NCBI RefSeq assembly: GCF_003918875.1
Contig: NW_025765187.1
Span: forward strand, 1 to 64,000
Length of the DNA stretch: 64,000 nt
Reading direction: 5' to 3'
From: Haliotis rubra
Lineage: Eukaryota
The notes under the pieces were generated by a model, which ran no database searches, had not been told where the DNA came from, and was given only the letters and a program-made list of their open reading frames with translations. This document shows, piece by piece, positions 62,104-64,000 of this stretch (positions are counted from its first letter, which is position 1; each line of letters starts with the position of its first letter). The position numbers and the translations under genes are program-made.

Positions 62104-62478
62104 CAGAGATGCCAACCCCAAAGTATTGCACACAGTGCCTTCAAGGATCAAAATTAGTAGTTTGACCATAAAATTCGTAGTCAACTAAATACTTAAAATC
62201 ATGATGGATTCTGAGAAAGATAATATGACACTAATCAAGAGTGAAGCTTTGATTTCACATACCTCCCAACAGCAGATTTCCAAATTATCAGCATTATGTT
62301 TCATCTTGTCGTCTCTTTTTGTCGAAAATGTATATAATCGATTTTAAAATATATGTTTTGTCAATATATCCGAATTTGAATGAATTTTCTTCTAGACAGT
62401 CTAGTGCAATCGTATTGGCATAGTTCGAGGCTAAAATTCGTAGTGACTACGATAAAATCGTAGAGGTTGGTATCTCTG
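62104..62478. mobile_element. MITE with a 6-bp TSD
   Basis: TIRs CAGAGATGCCAACC / GGTTGGTATCTCTG and TSD CCTTAG (62098-62103 / 62479-62484). Confidence 0.88.
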
Positions 62479-63109
62479 CCTTAGTGACCTTGCTCTAAAT
62501 TGCTATCACAGTATGTTGACTTGACCAATCCTAACAGGAACTCAAGGAATAAGGCTGAGGGGCAAGATGGGAACTCAAAACTGATGTTTTATACGTACAT
62601 TGTCAAGCTACTCGAAACAGCTATTTTACAGATTTCAAATGAAAGGTCCAAAAACATGTATTGGACTGTCTGGATAGGAAAACTAGCAACTGAAAACATT
62701 CACTCCATTCCACACCATCTGCATACAATAACACAGTGTGCAAAGCCTGGCAACCCTGACCAATTTGTTGCCTTCTACGACCACGAATGCCAAGTGTGCT
62801 ACATCACCTGTACCTAGCAGTGTACTAACTTTTCAGAGCATACAGACATCATCAATAGATTCTTTGTCTGATCAGGAATGGCCATTTCATGTCCTAGGAT
62901 TTTGTAAAAAAAACAACCCAATAAATTTTGTCCCAGAAAATGCTTTCAAAAACATTAAGATTCAGACAGATGAGAAAAAGCATGTCTGTCATAAAAATTA
63001 ATTCTTGAAAGCTGCTCATTAAAAGCTAAAAAGTATCTGGTTTTGCAAATGCAGCTGAAAAAGTAACTAGTATCCATGCAACACCCCAGCTGTTAGTCGC
63101 CTCTTATGA

Positions 63110-63340
63110 TTATTTGTTGTTTAACGTCACATTCACCAATATTCCAGCTACATGACGGTGGTCTGTAAATAATCGAGTGTGGACCAGACGTCCAACAGCA
63201 TGAGCATCGATCTACGCAATTGGGATATGATGACATGTATCAACCAAGTCAGCGAGTCTGACCACCTAATCCATTAGTCACCTCTTATGACAAGCATTGG
63301 TAGCTGAAGACCAATTCTAACCCAGATCTTCATGGGTGCA
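63110..63340 (-). mobile_element. SINE-like family B copy
   Basis: Antisense match to 13580-13810 (AATATTCCAGCTA...GGTCTGTAAATAATCGAGT...GATCTACGCAATTGGG). Confidence 0.75.
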
Positions 63341-63665
63341 CCTCTTACAACAAGCATGGGTAGCTGACGACCAATTCTAACCCAGATCTTCATGGGTGCA
63401 CCTCTTATGACAAGCGTGGGTAGCTGAAGACCAATTCTAACCCAGATCTTCATGGGTGCACCTCTTACGACAAGCATGGGTAGCTGAAGACCAATTCTAA
63501 CCCAGGGCCTAGATTTTCGAAGCTCTCTTAGCGCTACGATAGTCGTAAGTGCCATACATTAACATTAACTTACGACTTTCTTAGCGCTAAGAGAGCTTTG
63601 AAAATCTAGGCCAAGATCTTTATGGGTGCACCTCTTATGACAAACATGGGTTGCTCAATACCAAA
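63278..63665 (+). repeat. 60-bp tandem repeat (about 4.5 copies) derived from the family-B 5' region
   Basis: Unit CACCTCTTATGACAAGCATGGGTAGCTGAAGACCAATTCTAACCCAGATCTTCATGGGTG. Confidence 0.9.
63506..63612. mobile_element. 107-bp hairpin MITE (Harbinger-like) inserted in the 60-bp repeat
   Basis: About 44-bp TIRs GGCCTAGATTTTCGAAGCTCTCTTAGCGCTA... / ...TAGCGCTAAGAGAGCTTTGAAAATCTAGGCC. It interrupts AACCCAG|ATCTT with a CAG/AAG 3-bp duplication. Confidence 0.85.
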
Positions 63666-63689
63666 TCTTCATTTGAACTGGAGTGTTAC

Positions 63690-63785
63690 CTAATATCAGC
63701 AGAATAGGTTATTTTCTGAACCTCCGTCGGGGAACACAGATACAAGGCATGACCACTGTTGCTAAAACAGAATGTTCGGGCTACC
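63690..63785 (-). CDS. STXBP5: Tomosyn internal coding exon (the gene continues beyond the window)
   Basis: GCTTTCAG|G-VARTFCFSNSGHALYLCSPTEVQKITYSADI-AG|GTAAC matches tomosyn RIARTFCF.N.G.ALYL.SPTEIQ..TYS. Phase 2 joins the next exon. Confidence 0.95.
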
Positions 63786-64000
63786 CTGAAAGCAAACAAA
63801 TAAACATTAGAACCACATGGTAAGACCGATAGCTTTACAAATGAGGATGTGCATCACATGTCTTTGCAACGCATGTTAAATCAGATTACTGATGTCACAG
63901 GTTTGGAGATAAAAGTGTGTTAAAGTATAGACGGAACAATGGAACAATGAAAGGTACACAGTAGTGGATTGTAAACAATGGATCAATGAAAGATGGACAG

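Overview
AT-rich eukaryotic (animal) genomic DNA; the SINE families and gene content suggest a mollusc, possibly a gastropod such as abalone (inference). About 51 kb is a tandem array of closely related TRIM-NHL genes on the + strand. Each has a probable non-coding exon 1, a RING exon, and one large B-box1/B-box2/coiled-coil/NHL exon. Copies 1 (5568-7868) and 4 (46912-49205) are intact. Copy 2 (26237-28526) is chimeric, has a 1-nt frameshift, and is followed by a spare, different NHL C-terminal cassette (28988-29389). Copy 3 (37653-39969) is a pseudogene. A gene-less ghost unit lies at 12.5-15.2 kb. The RING is almost invariant while the putative ligand-facing NHL loops are hypervariable and shuffled between copies, which resembles an immune-receptor family under birth-and-death evolution. 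Intron 1 carries a 3.2-kb TIR-bounded element with a decayed C2H2 zinc-finger gene that the ORF track does not show. The right end holds the last four coding exons of a tomosyn (STXBP5-like) gene on the - strand with a probably very long 3' UTR, part of which was copied into the TRIM array. The rest is tRNA-derived SINEs, MITEs and mini/microsatellites. All alignments and counts were done by eye.
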